Assembly: GCA_040882465.1 (NCBI GenBank)
Contig: JBBEBG010000026.1
Coordinates: 195,974-259,973 of the forward strand
Direction of reading: 5' to 3'
Origin: Gemmatimonadota bacterium
Lineage (GTDB): Bacteria; Gemmatimonadota; Gemmatimonadetes; Longimicrobiales; Gaopeijiaceae
Length of the DNA: 64,000 nucleotides
Below are positions 9,541-19,651 of this stretch, one piece after another; position 1 is the first letter of the stretch; each line of letters starts with the position of its first letter. The notes under the pieces were generated by a model. It was not told the DNA's origin. It searched no databases and saw only the letters and a list, made by a program, of their open reading frames with translations. The position numbers were made by a program, and so were the translations under genes.

Positions 9541-10689
9541 TCAGAGCCAGCCCCTCCTTCGGAAGTACCAGAGCATCCCGAGCCCCACCGCGAACATCCC
9601 GGCGAGAACCGCGGGATAGGCCCACCGGACGTCCAGCTCGGGCATGTATTCGAAATTCATTCCGTAAATGCCCACGACGAACGTCAGTGGAATGAAGATG
9701 CTCGCCATCACGGTGAGGACCTTCATGACCTCGTTCTGACGGCGGCTCATGTCGGAGAGATAGAGGTCCCGCATCCCCGTCGTGATGTCGCGCAAGACCT
9801 CCGCCGTGTCCATGAGTCGGACGCTGTGGTCGTACACGTCCCGGAGGTAGAGCTTCGTCGTGTCGGTGAGGAGATCGGATTCCACCCGCAAGAAGTTGCC
9901 CAGCATTTCGCGGAGTGGCCAGACCGAACGCCAGAGTACGAGGAGCTCGCGTTTGAGCTGGTGAACTCGGTACATCGTGTCGGGAGAGGGCTCGTCCACG
10001 ACTTCCGCCTCGAGTTTTTCCGCGCGCTCGCCCAGGCGCTCGATGATCTGGAAGTAGTTGTCCACGACGGCGTCCATGAGGGCGTAAGCGAGATAGTCCG
10101 AGCCCCGGGCGCGCAATTGCCCCCGTGCGGAGCGGATCCGCTCGCGGACCACCTCGAAGACGTCTCCGGGGGACTCCTGGAAGGAGAAGAGACATCCTTT
10201 TCCGATGACGAAGCTCACCTGCTCGTCCGTGATCTGGAAAGGCTCTTCCTGAATCCGGAGCATATGCAGGACGACGAAGAGGTGATCGTCGTATTCCTCG
10301 ACCTTCGGCCGCTGTCCGACGTGCGCGATGTCCTCCGTTATGAGGGGATGGAAACCCATGCGGACGCCGATCTTCTCGAGGATCGCGACATCGTGCAGTC
10401 CCTCCACATTCACCCAGAGGACTCCGGCGCCGTCGGGGACGAAGCCCTCGGGTGGGGCGTCCGGGTCCCAGAGGCCTTCGTGAACGCCCCCTGCATCGAA
10501 GCGGATCGCGTCGATCCGGACTTCTTCCACTCGACGCTCCCCGGTGTGCACGACCGTCCCCGGAGCGGATCCGGGCTTTTTGAGCGAGCGCCGCACAAAG
10601 CGCCCCATCACGCGGAGCTGATGGAGGGGGCTCAACGTGTTCAGCACGAGGTGGGCGAGGGGTTTGTTTTCGTAGGATCCAGACGCCAC
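9541..10689 (-). CDS. corA: magnesium/cobalt transporter CorA
   Basis: 382 aa. Two C-terminal TMs with YGMNF (GMN motif) and a CorA cytoplasmic domain. GTG start. Confidence 0.9.
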   Translation of the reverse strand: MASGSYENKPLAHLVLNTLSPLHQLRVMGRFVRRSLKKPGSAPGTVVHTGERRVEEVRIDAIRFDAGGVHEGLWDPDAPPEGFVPDGAGVLWVNVEGLHDVAILEKIGVRMGFHPLITEDIAHVGQRPKVEEYDDHLFVVLHMLRIQEEPFQITDEQVSFVIGKGCLFSFQESPGDVFEVVRERIRSARGQLRARGSDYLAYALMDAVVDNYFQIIERLGERAEKLEAEVVDEPSPDTMYRVHQLKRELLVLWRSVWPLREMLGNFLRVESDLLTDTTKLYLRDVYDHSVRLMDTAEVLRDITTGMRDLYLSDMSRRQNEVMKVLTVMASIFIPLTFVVGIYGMNFEYMPELDVRWAYPAVLAGMFAVGLGMLWYFRRRGWL

Positions 10690-10886
10690 AGGTCCTCCGG
10701 GTGACAGCGGAAGCGGGCCCTGGCCAGGTATATCCGATGCGTGCCGCGCGCGTCAAGCCGCGGAGCCCCCGCTCCGCCTGCTCCGCTTGCTCGCCCCGTT
10801 GGTCGCGGCGAAGATGTCCCGATGCCCGACCCACCGAACTTCGCCGGAAGGCGCCCGCCCCCTCCGGCCGGCCTCCAAGACGGATC

Positions 10887-12035
10887 CGTCGAGCTTTGAC
10901 CCAAGAGCCCGTCCTCAGGATTCGTGGACTGACGAAGCGATTCGGGGGTGCGGTTGCCGTGCATCCGCTCGATCTGGAAATCGGCGCCGGCGAGTACTTC
11001 TGCATTCTGGGTCCGTCGGGTTCGGGGAAAACGACGCTTCTTCGCATGCTGGCGGGATTCGAAGCCCCCGACGCCGGCGAGATCCATCTCGATGGAGTCC
11101 GCGTGGATGGGTTTCCCCCGGAGCGGCGGGACACCAACACGGTCTTTCAGGAATACGCCCTCTTCCCGCACCTCTCCGTGTTCGAAAACGTCGCTTTCGG
11201 GCCGCGAATGAAGGGAGGGCGTGGAAACTCGCTGAGCAGCCGGGTGCTCGAGTCCCTGGCGCTCGTCGGACTGGAGGGCCATGGCGACCGCTCGCCGGCC
11301 ACACTTTCGGGCGGTGAGCAGCAGCGGGTGGCCCTCGCACGGGCCCTCGTGAATCGGCCGCGCGTCCTTCTCCTGGACGAGCCACTCGCCGCCCTCGATC
11401 GAAAGCTCCGCTCGCGGATGCAGATCGAGCTTTCCAGGATCCAGCGCGAGTCCCAAGTCGCCTTCGTGCACGTGACCCATGACCAGGAAGAGGCGCTCAG
11501 GCTCGCGGACCGGGTGGCCGTGATGCGGGCGGGCCGTTTCCTCCAGGTTGGGGCCCCCGAGGAGGTGTACGATCGGCCCAACTCCGCCTTCGTCGCCGAC
11601 TTTCTGGGCTCGGCCAACATCTTCCGTGCCCGTCCCTCGGATGGCTCGCTTTTTTTCCCCGATGGAACCCGTGTCTCGATCGGTTCGCGCCCTTTCGACG
11701 CCGGGGGCGAAAGCGAACGGCTCTACGCGATCCGTCCCGAAGCCTTCATGGTGATTCGCGAGGGCGGAGGCGAGGACCCCTCCGGCGGGTCGGAGATGAT
11801 CCGCCTCCCGGCCATGATCACGGGGCGCTCACGCGTCGGAGGTGTCGAGGAGCTCGACCTCCGTGTGGGACCGCTGCGCTTCGTGGCCCATCTCCGCGGC
11901 CCGGCCCCCGTCATTCCTTACGCCCCCAGCGACCGGGTCGTCCTCCTTCTCCACCGGGAAGACATCGTCCCGCTCGTTCTGGAGGGCGGCGAGGAGGATC
12001 CCGATCCCGCTCCTGGGGCGGCACGATCCCCATGA
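10887..12035 (+). CDS. potA: spermidine/putrescine ABC transporter ATP-binding protein
   Basis: Walker A GPSGSGKTT, signature LSGGEQQRVALARAL, Walker B LLLDEPLAALD, and a TOBE-like C-terminal domain. The N-terminal 60 aa of ORF 10701.. is R/S/P junk. Start placed at in-frame TTG 10887 (MTQEPVLRIRGLTKRF), but no strong RBS, so the start is uncertain. Confidence 0.8.
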   Translation, partial: RRALTQEPVLRIRGLTKRFGGAVAVHPLDLEIGAGEYFCILGPSGSGKTTLLRMLAGFEAPDAGEIHLDGVRVDGFPPERRDTNTVFQEYALFPHLSVFENVAFGPRMKGGRGNSLSSRVLESLALVGLEGHGDRSPATLSGGEQQRVALARALVNRPRVLLLDEPLAALDRKLRSRMQIELSRIQRESQVAFVHVTHDQEEALRLADRVAVMRAGRFLQVGAPEEVYDRPNSAFVADFLGSANIFRARPSDGSLFFPDGTRVSIGSRPFDAGGESERLYAIRPEAFMVIREGGGEDPSGGSEMIRLPAMITGRSRVGGVEELDLRVGPLRFVAHLRGPAPVIPYAPSDRVVLLLHREDIVPLVLEGGEEDPDPAPGAARSP

Positions 12036-12931
12036 AGGAGGGCAAGGGAGAGGGCCGCACGGAAGGGATTCGAGGGCTCGCCCTCTGGACCGTCGGGCCG
12101 GCCACGGCCGTGCTCGTCGTCCTCTTCCTCCTCCCCCTCGCGATTGTGGGGGGATACGCCCTGTCGAGCGCGGGAAGCCAGGGAGAGCCGGCACTCCCCG
12201 CGACTTTCGCCAACTTCGTCCGCTCCTTCGATCCGCTCTACCTGGGAATCCTTGTTCGCTCGGTGAGGCTGGCCTTCATCTGCACACTCATCTGCCTGGT
12301 CGTCGGGTTCCCCCTCGCCTGGATTCTGCGCGGAATGGGCACCCCCGCCCGCCACCTGGCGCTCCTCGCCTTCATCCTTCCTTCTTGGACGAACCTCTTG
12401 GTGAAGAACTACGCCTGGATCGTCCTCCTCCGGCAGGAGGGCGTGGTCAACTCGGCCCTCCTCCGCCTGGGCGTCATCGGGGAGCCCCTCCCCCTCCTCT
12501 TCAACGAAGGGGCGGTCCTCGTCGGCCTGGTGCACACCTTTCTCCCCTTCATGGTCCTCCCGCTTTATTCCTCGCTCGAGAAGCTCGACCCCGCGCTCCT
12601 CGACGCGGCACGCGACCTCGGTGCGGGACGCTGGGCACGATTGCGCAAGGTCGTCCTTCCCCAGTGCGCGCCGGGAGCCGTCGCCGGGGCGATCCTCGTC
12701 TTCATTCCCACGCTCGGGTCTTTCGTGACCCCCGATCTTCTCGGGGGGGCCCGCGGAATGATGGTGGGAAACCTGATCCAGAATCAGATGCTGGTAGCGC
12801 GGGACTGGCCTTTCGGGTCGGCGCTCTCCATCTGGCTGATCGCGGCGTCGCTCGGGATGATCCTTCTCGCGGGAAGGCTCACCGGCCGGGGCGACACTTC
12901 GAGACCGGGACGGGCATCGTGGCTCCCCTGA
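12032..12931 (+). CDS. potB: spermidine/putrescine ABC transporter permease
   Basis: 6-TM BPD-transporter permease with EAA-like loop (LDAARDLGAGRWARLRKVVLP). ATGA overlap with potA. Confidence 0.85.
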   Translation: MKEGKGEGRTEGIRGLALWTVGPATAVLVVLFLLPLAIVGGYALSSAGSQGEPALPATFANFVRSFDPLYLGILVRSVRLAFICTLICLVVGFPLAWILRGMGTPARHLALLAFILPSWTNLLVKNYAWIVLLRQEGVVNSALLRLGVIGEPLPLLFNEGAVLVGLVHTFLPFMVLPLYSSLEKLDPALLDAARDLGAGRWARLRKVVLPQCAPGAVAGAILVFIPTLGSFVTPDLLGGARGMMVGNLIQNQMLVARDWPFGSALSIWLIAASLGMILLAGRLTGRGDTSRPGRASWLP

Positions 12932-12945
12932 GCGGCCCCCGCCGG

Positions 12946-13725
12946 ATGGGGATGGGGAGCGCGGTCTTTTTTGGGAGCGGGTTGGCCTTCTTGTATCTCC
13001 CGGTCGTGGTTCTCGCGGCGTATTCCTTCAACGACTCGCGCTTCGCCCTCGCCTGGGAGGGATTCACCCTCGACTGGTATCGCGGGGTGTTCACGAGCCG
13101 CGAAATCGGGCGGGCGGCCTGGAACACTCTGATCGTTTCGAGCGCGTCCACCATCGCCTCCGTGATCCTCGGGACCGCGCTCGGTGTCGGGCTCCACTTC
13201 AGCCGGTTCCGGGGACGTGAGCTTCTCTGGAAGTCCTTTTACCTCCCCATTCTCGTCCCGGACATCACGCAGGCCGTGGCACTCCTTTCCATTTTCGCCC
13301 TGGTCGCATTTCCCCTCGGTCTCACCTCGATCATCCTGGCGCACATCTCCTTCCAGATTTCCTTCGTCGCGCTGCTCGTACGGGCGCGATTGGACGCCTT
13401 TCCCGGAAGCGTCGTCGAGGCGGCGCGGGACCTGGGCGCCCCGCCCCTGGTCGCGATCCGAAAGGTGGTCCTTCCCCTCGCGGCACCGGGGATCGTGGCG
13501 GGCGCTCTCATCGCCTTCACCCTTTCGGTGGACGATTTCCTGATCGCCTACTTCACCGCCGGCCCGGGAGCTTCCACCCTCCCAATCCGGATCTATTCGA
13601 TGATTCGCAGAGGGGTCACACCGGAGGTGAACGCGCTGGCCACCCTGCTTCTCGCCTTTTCCCTCCTCACGATGACGGCGGCCATGCTCTTCCTGAGGAA
13701 GGGAGGAGGTAAGGACCGGGCTTGA
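12946..13725 (+). CDS. potC: spermidine/putrescine ABC transporter permease
   Basis: Internal ATG 12946 lies in the long ORF 11842... PotC-like permease (VEAARDLGAPPLVAIRKVVLPLAAPG). Confidence 0.85.
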   Translation: MGMGSAVFFGSGLAFLYLPVVVLAAYSFNDSRFALAWEGFTLDWYRGVFTSREIGRAAWNTLIVSSASTIASVILGTALGVGLHFSRFRGRELLWKSFYLPILVPDITQAVALLSIFALVAFPLGLTSIILAHISFQISFVALLVRARLDAFPGSVVEAARDLGAPPLVAIRKVVLPLAAPGIVAGALIAFTLSVDDFLIAYFTAGPGASTLPIRIYSMIRRGVTPEVNALATLLLAFSLLTMTAAMLFLRKGGGKDRA

Positions 13726-13836
13726 GGGTGCGGCCGCCGTACCTCCGCGGCCTTTACGCCCGGATCGGCCCCTTCTACCCTCAGGGATCCGCCCCCGGGC
13801 GCGTTCGTCTCCCCTCTTCCGAAATCACCGCGACCC

Positions 13837-14973
13837 GTGAACCCTTCGCACGCTACGCCTTTCCTCGCGCTCGTCGCCGCCGGCGTCCTCCTTTCGCTAT
13901 CGGTCGCCGGATGCGGCTCGCCCTCTCCCGAGCTTCCCGCCGAGATCGAGGCGTTCGGGATCACCGTCGAGACGGCACGCCTCTCTCCGACGCTCCGGCT
14001 TTTTAATTTCCCGGAATACATGGATCCGGAGCTCTTGAGGCAGTTCGAGGAGCGCTTCGGCACGCGAATCATCGAAGACTACTTCGACACGAATGAAGCG
14101 ATGATGGCTCGCCTGACGGCGGGAGGCACGGCGCAGTTCGATCTCGTCATGGCTTCGGACTATGCCGTGGAAATTCTCGCGGCGGCCGGGCGCCTCGAGC
14201 CGCTCGATCCAACACTTCTCCCGAACCGTGCGAATCTCCACCCGAGCTTCGGTTCACCGCCGTACGATCCCGAGAACCGCTTCGCGATCCCCTTTCAGTG
14301 GGGGACGACCGGCCTCGGGATTCGGGGGGACCGCGTGCAGGGAAATCCGGACGAGCTCGCGACCTGGGGGCTCCTCTTCGATGCCGCGAAGTCGCCCGGC
14401 CGCTTCGCCTTCCTCGATGACCCGCGCGAGACGATCGGGGCGGCGCTTCTTTACCTGGGTTACTCCGTGAACAGCACGGACGACGCGGAGCTCGCCGCTG
14501 CCGAGGCGGTCCTTACCGTGGCAGCGGGCCGCGCCGTGGCCTTCACTCCGGCCTCCACGGGACGCGACCTCCTTCTGGCGGGTGAGCTCGACGTCTCCCA
14601 CAACCACTCGGGCGAGATCACGGTTGCAGGGGAGGAGCGCCCTGAGATCCTGTACCTGGTCCCGCGGGAGGGCGCCGTGGTCTGGGCCGATAACCTGGTC
14701 ATCCCGGCCGGTGCCGCGGGAGCGTACACCGCGCATGTCTTCGTGAATTTCCTTCTGGACGCGCAGAACGGAGCCCGGCTCACGGAGGAGGTGCGGTACT
14801 TCTCTCCTAATCTCGCCTCATGGGAGCTCCTCGATCCTGTGCTCCGTGCCGAACACGAACGCCTCCTGGAACCGGGCGCGATGGAGGGGCTCGAGTTCAT
14901 CGCCGACGTGGGTCCCGACCGGCGCAAGTACGACCAGCTCTGGACGCGCGTGAAAGCCGGCTCGGCGCGGTAG
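13837..14973 (+). CDS. potD: spermidine/putrescine ABC transporter substrate-binding lipoprotein
   Basis: Lipoprotein signal LLSLSVAGC. PotD/PotF-family SBP fold ([23 protein letters not shown]...). GTG start. Confidence 0.8.
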   Translation: MNPSHATPFLALVAAGVLLSLSVAGCGSPSPELPAEIEAFGITVETARLSPTLRLFNFPEYMDPELLRQFEERFGTRIIEDYFDTNEAMMARLTAGGTAQFDLVMASDYAVEILAAAGRLEPLDPTLLPNRANLHPSFGSPPYDPENRFAIPFQWGTTGLGIRGDRVQGNPDELATWGLLFDAAKSPGRFAFLDDPRETIGAALLYLGYSVNSTDDAELAAAEAVLTVAAGRAVAFTPASTGRDLLLAGELDVSHNHSGEITVAGEERPEILYLVPREGAVVWADNLVIPAGAAGAYTAHVFVNFLLDAQNGARLTEEVRYFSPNLASWELLDPVLRAEHERLLEPGAMEGLEFIADVGPDRRKYDQLWTRVKAGSAR

Positions 14974-14986
14974 GCGGGGGAATTCG

Positions 14987-16036
14987 ATGGAGATCGGGAT
15001 CTATTCGTTCGCCGAAACCCGGCTCGAAGCCGGGACGGGGCGCCAACTCGCGGCCGGCGAACGAATCCGCCACCTCATCGAGGAGATCGAGCTCGCGGAT
15101 CGGATCGGGCTCGACGTCTTCGGGGTCGGCGAGCACCACCGCCCGGACTACACCGTCTCCGCTCCCGCGATCGTCCTCGCCGCGGCGGCCGCGCGCACTT
15201 CGCGAATCCGCTTGACGAGCGCCGTGACCGTGCTCAGCTCCGACGACCCGGTTCGAGTCTTTCAGGACTTCGCGACGCTCGACCTCATCTCGAAGGGCCG
15301 GGCCGAGATCATGGCCGGGCGGGGCTCCTTCGTGGAGTCATTCCCACTCTTCGGCCAGGACCTGGCCGACTACGACGAGCTCTTCGCCGAGAAGCTCGAG
15401 CTTCTCCTGGCATTGCGTGAAAATGAACGGATCACCTGGTCAGGGAAGCACCGCCCGTCCATCGAAGATCGAGGAGTTTATCCCAGGCCCGAGCAGAACC
15501 CGATTCCCGTCTGGATCGCGGTGGGCGGAACTCCGGGCTCCGTCGTGCGGGCGGGAACCCTCGGCCTCCCGATCGCGCTCGCCATCATCGGGGGGGCACC
15601 GGCCCGCTTTCGCCCCGTCGTGGACCTCTACCGAGACGCCGCCACCCGCGCCGGGCACGATCCGGCCACCCTCCCCATCAGCATCAATTCGCACGGCTTC
15701 ATCGCCGACGACGCCACTGAGGCCGCGGAGCTCGCCTTCCCTCCTTTCGCCGAGACGATGACCCGGATCGGGCGCGAGCGGGGGTGGCCCCCGACCACCC
15801 GCGCCCACTTCGACGCCGAGGCCGACCTTCACGGAGCGCTGTTCGTCGGAAGCCCCCGGGAGGTCGTGGAGAAGATCCTCTACCAGTGGGAGATCTTCCG
15901 CCACGACCGCTTCCTCCTTCAGCTCACGGTCGGGCCGATGGCGCACGACCGGGTTCTCCGCGCGATCGAACTGCTCGGAACGGAGGTGGCGCCGGTCGTG
16001 CGCCGAGAGCTGGGTCAGTCGGCCGCGAAGCAATAA
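14987..16036 (+). CDS. LLM-class (luciferase-like) flavin-dependent oxidoreductase
   Basis: [13 protein letters not shown]...[62 protein letters not shown] matches the LLM TIM-barrel family. Confidence 0.85.
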   Translation: MEIGIYSFAETRLEAGTGRQLAAGERIRHLIEEIELADRIGLDVFGVGEHHRPDYTVSAPAIVLAAAAARTSRIRLTSAVTVLSSDDPVRVFQDFATLDLISKGRAEIMAGRGSFVESFPLFGQDLADYDELFAEKLELLLALRENERITWSGKHRPSIEDRGVYPRPEQNPIPVWIAVGGTPGSVVRAGTLGLPIALAIIGGAPARFRPVVDLYRDAATRAGHDPATLPISINSHGFIADDATEAAELAFPPFAETMTRIGRERGWPPTTRAHFDAEADLHGALFVGSPREVVEKILYQWEIFRHDRFLLQLTVGPMAHDRVLRAIELLGTEVAPVVRRELGQSAAKQ

Positions 16037-16686
16037 AAGAGCCCGGCGCCGCCCGTCGCCACGAGCTGCTCCTGCGAGCAGCCCTGGCTCGCATGCGCCG
16101 TATTCCATGGAGAGCCCGGAGTCGTACGGGAGAACCGGTCGTGGTGCCCCAGCATCGCCGCGCCTTCCCCACTGCTCGTCCAGTTGTTGCAGGTGCGATC
16201 CTGTTCCGCCGGGAAAGCCGTCCCGTCGAGCTGGCTCCCGGTCAGGATGTCGTGCGCGTTCGGCGAATCCCCCATCGCCCCCGAGTTTACCGTCTCGCCC
16301 CGCTCGTTCACCGAGAACTCGTAGTTCAGATTCGAATTGTTGTAGTGCAGGTCGTTCACGTTGGCTGCGACCTGGACGCCGGCGGCATTAAACCAGGGCC
16401 CAACGCCGATACGGTCCCGCGCATTGACCGCCGGCTGGCCGCCGGTCGCCTGGGTGCTCAGATACGCCCGCCAGGTGCGTGCTCCCGCGCCAACGGGCGC
16501 GGCCAACGCCTGACAATGGGCGTCGGCCCCCGCGAGGCCACCGAGATCGCCCCCATTTCCGAGTCCCACGCTCGTGATGAAGAACCCCATGGGCTGCTGT
16601 TGCTGCTGAGCCCCTCCCGCGAGCGGAAGCACCAATACGGCGACCAAGGCGATCACTCCCACCGAAAAGCTTCGAAAACAGACCAT
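16015..16686 (-). CDS. secreted hypothetical protein (4 Cys, Gln-rich N-terminus)
   Basis: Signal peptide [32 protein letters not shown]. No confident family assignment. Its 3' end overlaps the convergent LLM gene by about 22 nt. Confidence 0.5.
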   Translation of the reverse strand: MVCFRSFSVGVIALVAVLVLPLAGGAQQQQQPMGFFITSVGLGNGGDLGGLAGADAHCQALAAPVGAGARTWRAYLSTQATGGQPAVNARDRIGVGPWFNAAGVQVAANVNDLHYNNSNLNYEFSVNERGETVNSGAMGDSPNAHDILTGSQLDGTAFPAEQDRTCNNWTSSGEGAAMLGHHDRFSRTTPGSPWNTAHASQGCSQEQLVATGGAGLFYCFAAD

Positions 16687-16852
16687 GACAACCCCTCCCT
16701 CCTGAAGTGGACCGAGACTATTTCAACCTCACCCGTGCTGGAGGTCCGCCCAAGGTAGTCGGGCCCAAATCGCGCCAGCAACTTCCTTTGCGCGCGCGCT
16801 CTCCCCCCGTAGCTTGGACCGAAGGAGCGACTCCCCTCACTCTCCGTGCCCC

Positions 16853-17776
16853 ATGACGCACTCATCCGACTTCTCCCGCCGCGAGTTCATGCGCGCGATC
16901 GCGGGACTCGGTGCCCTCCTCGCCGCCCCGCGCCGACTCTTCGCGCGCCAGGCGCTCCCTACCCGGGCAATTCCGGTGAGCGGGGAGCAGATTCCCATCG
17001 TGGGCTTCGGGTCCACCAAGTCCGTGTTGGAAAGCCCGACGGAGGGGACGGGGCCGATCGCGAACGTCATGCGCATGCTTCGGGAGTACGGCGGGCGAGT
17101 GGTGGACACCTCGCCGCGCTCCGCGGCCATAGACCAGGAGTTCGGACGCGTGCTCCAGGAAGCCGCGGCGGCGGAGCCGCTCTTCATCGCCGCCAAGATC
17201 TACGTGGACGGCGCGGAGAATGGGATCGCGCAGTTCCGGCAGACCCAGCGGCTCTACGGGCGACGCACCCTCGATCTCCTCCAGGTCGAGAGCCTCCGGG
17301 ACCTCGAGGCCCATTGGCCGAACGTGCGCGGCTGGAAGGAATCCGGAGAGGCCCGGTACATCGGAGTCACGGTCTTCCTCGACCGCGACCACGAGGCGCT
17401 CGAGACCTTCATGCGCCGCGAGCCGCTGGACTTCGTCCACATGAATTACTCGGTCGTCGAGACGGCCGCCGAAACCCGCCTTCTTCCCCTCGCCCGCGAC
17501 CGGGGAATGGCCGTCCTCATCAACCGACCCTTCATGAATGGCGACTTCTTCCAGCGAGTTGCCGAGCGCCCCCTTCCGGAATGGGCGGCGGAGTTCGATT
17601 GCGTGAGTTGGGCCCAGTTCTCCCTGAAGTACGTGCTCTCCAATCCGGCCGTGACCTGTGTCCTCACCGAGACGACGAATCCCGTGCACATGGAGGAAAA
17701 CATGCGGGCGGGACTCGGCAGGCTCCCCGACGACGCCACGCGGGTCCGGATGGCGGAGTTGATGCGGGGAATCTAG
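16853..17776 (+). CDS. aldo/keto reductase with twin-arginine (Tat) signal
   Basis: Start at ATG 16853 (MTHSSDFSRREFMRAIAGLGALLAAPRRLFA, Tat motif SRREF). The AKR fold runs over the rest of the protein. Confidence 0.85.
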   Translation: MTHSSDFSRREFMRAIAGLGALLAAPRRLFARQALPTRAIPVSGEQIPIVGFGSTKSVLESPTEGTGPIANVMRMLREYGGRVVDTSPRSAAIDQEFGRVLQEAAAAEPLFIAAKIYVDGAENGIAQFRQTQRLYGRRTLDLLQVESLRDLEAHWPNVRGWKESGEARYIGVTVFLDRDHEALETFMRREPLDFVHMNYSVVETAAETRLLPLARDRGMAVLINRPFMNGDFFQRVAERPLPEWAAEFDCVSWAQFSLKYVLSNPAVTCVLTETTNPVHMEENMRAGLGRLPDDATRVRMAELMRGI

Positions 17777-17824
17777 ACTTTGTATAACAAAGTACTTGAC
17801 GTAATCCTCGGGAGCCATTAACCT
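17777..17824 (+). promoter_or_regulatory. perfect palindrome ACTTTGT-ATA-ACAAAGT abutting a TTGACG-17-TAACCT promoter for the membrane-protein/wHTH operon
   Basis: Read directly. The palindrome, 17777..17793, starts at the first base after the AKR stop. -35 TTGACG 17796..17801 and -10 TAACCT 17819..17824. ATG at 17834. Confidence 0.5.
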
Positions 17825-17833
17825 CTCGCCATC

Positions 17834-18445
17834 ATGGGAACGCGTCCCCTCCCTCGGTCCCCTTCGGAGCCCGTCGCCCTGCACGATCGGGCCATGGATG
17901 ACCTCCGATTCATCCGCCGCACGATGGAACGGGCGGGCGCCTTCACGGCCGTCCCGGGATGGGGCGGAGTCGCGATGGGGGTAACCGCCCTTGTGGCGAG
18001 CGCGGTCGCCACAGGGCAACCCACATTCGAGCGATGGTTGTGGGTTTGGCTCGCGGCGGCGGCGATTTCGGTGACGATCGCCATCTCCTCCATCGTTCAG
18101 AAGGCGCGCCGCGTCGGACTGCCGCTACGAACGGGTCCGGGCCGGACCTTCGTACTCAGCTTCCTTCCGCCGGTCCTCGCGGGCGCGGCGCTCACACCGG
18201 CCCTGTATTTCGCCGGGGCCACCGGAGCGATCCCGGGCACGTGGCTCCTCCTCTACGGGGTCGGCGTGGTGACGGCCGGCACCTTCTCGGTGCGCGTGGT
18301 CCCGGTCATGGGGCTCTCATTCATGCTCGCCGGCGCCGCCGCCCTCTTTTCTCCCCAGGGCTGGGGCGATCTCTACATGGCGGGTGGTTTCGGGGCCCTG
18401 CACGTCGCCTTCGGTCTGGTCATTGCCCGGAGGCACGGTGGCTGA
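17834..18445 (+). CDS. hypothetical integral membrane protein (4-5 TM)
   Basis: Hydrophobic segments throughout. Its stop overlaps the GTG start of the downstream wHTH regulator gene. Confidence 0.5.
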   Translation: MGTRPLPRSPSEPVALHDRAMDDLRFIRRTMERAGAFTAVPGWGGVAMGVTALVASAVATGQPTFERWLWVWLAAAAISVTIAISSIVQKARRVGLPLRTGPGRTFVLSFLPPVLAGAALTPALYFAGATGAIPGTWLLLYGVGVVTAGTFSVRVVPVMGLSFMLAGAAALFSPQGWGDLYMAGGFGALHVAFGLVIARRHGG

Positions 18446-18836
18446 GCGAAGCGCGGTCCCCAAGAAGCGAGACGAAGCCGTGGATGACGGCACACGAGAG
18501 AAGAACGGCTCCCCTTCGCGCCGGGCGAAGAGACGAACCAACCCGGTGGATCTCGACCGCGTCATCCACGAGCGGGTACGCCTCGGGATCGTGAGCGCGC
18601 TCGCCGTGAACGACACGTTGACCTTCAACGAGCTGAAGGCCCTGCTCGACACGTCTGACGGGAATCTGAGCGTCCACGCGCGCAAGCTCGAGGAGGCGGG
18701 ATACCTGGTGTGCAAGAAGAGCTTCCAGGAGCGCGTCCCCCGCACCGAGTATCACCTTACAGCCGAAGGGAAGAAGGCGCTGGAGCGTTACCTCGATCAC
18801 ATGGACGCGCTGATTCGGCGCGTTCGGGAAAGCTGA
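18438..18836 (+). CDS. winged-helix transcriptional regulator (HTH_34 / ArsR-superfamily-like)
   Basis: GTG 18438 overlaps the upstream stop (GTGGCTGA). [81 protein letters not shown] is a typical wHTH. The family name is recalled from memory, not searched. Confidence 0.65.
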   Translation: MAERSAVPKKRDEAVDDGTREKNGSPSRRAKRRTNPVDLDRVIHERVRLGIVSALAVNDTLTFNELKALLDTSDGNLSVHARKLEEAGYLVCKKSFQERVPRTEYHLTAEGKKALERYLDHMDALIRRVRES

Positions 18837-18882
18837 GCCGACCCGGGCATGCGCCCTCAACCCTCTCTTTTTTCTCGCGAGG

Positions 18883-18897
18883 CTTTGTGATACAAAG
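18883..18897 (+). promoter_or_regulatory. second copy of the CTTTGT-N3-ACAAAG palindrome (CTTTGTGATACAAAG), overlapping the uppS GTG start
   Basis: Same 6-nt arms as the 17778..17792 site. AT-rich 15-mer in a roughly 70% GC background. Lies 47 nt downstream of the wHTH regulator stop. Confidence 0.5.
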
Positions 18898-19651
18898 ATC
18901 TTTTCATACGCCGTCCCGCGGCCTCCACGTCGCGATCATCATGGACGGCAATGGGCGTTGGGCATCTTCTCGCGGCCTTCCCCGGACTGACGGCCACCGC
19001 GCCGGGGCCAAAGCCGTCCGTCGGACTGTCGAGGCCGCGCGCTCCCTCGGGATCCGGACTTTGACCCTGTACGCCTTTTCCTCGGACAACTGGCGCCGCC
19101 CCGGGGCGGAAGTCGGTGCGCTCATGCGGATCTTTCGGGAGTACCTCGAGGGCGAGGTCGGGCGGTGCGTCGCGGAGGGGATCCGACTGAACGTCGTCGG
19201 CCGGCGGGACCGCCTGGCCCCTTCCTTGGTTCGGGCAATCGAGGTCGCCGAGGCGGCGACCTCGACCGCGACCGAGCTCCAGCTTCGGGTCGCAGTCGAT
19301 TATTCGTCGCGGGACGCAATCGTCGCCGCGGCCGGCAGGGGACCGGACATTGGGATTCCCACGCGGGACTCCTTCTCCCGCGCCCTCGCGGAAGTGATGC
19401 ACGCCTCGGGCACGATCCCCAATGTGGATCTCCTCATCCGCACCGGTGGGGAGCGCCGGCTGAGCGACTTCCTTCTCTGGGAGTGTGCTTATGCGGAGCT
19501 CGTCTTCGTCGAATGCCCCTGGCCCGAGTTCGGACTCCAGGCGTTGCAGGAGGCGCTCGAAGAGTTCGACCGCCGGGAGCGGCGGTTCGGCGGGATCGAG
19601 AACACCGTGACTTCAGGGGTCACGCCCGACCGAGCGGAGGTGGGCCGATGA
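18887..19651 (+). CDS. uppS: isoprenyl transferase (undecaprenyl-diphosphate synthase)
   Basis: [47 protein letters not shown] and RERRFGG are all UppS signatures. The only in-frame start before the conserved N-terminus is GTG 18887. Confidence 0.9.
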   Translation: MIQRSFHTPSRGLHVAIIMDGNGRWASSRGLPRTDGHRAGAKAVRRTVEAARSLGIRTLTLYAFSSDNWRRPGAEVGALMRIFREYLEGEVGRCVAEGIRLNVVGRRDRLAPSLVRAIEVAEAATSTATELQLRVAVDYSSRDAIVAAAGRGPDIGIPTRDSFSRALAEVMHASGTIPNVDLLIRTGGERRLSDFLLWECAYAELVFVECPWPEFGLQALQEALEEFDRRERRFGGIENTVTSGVTPDRAEVGR

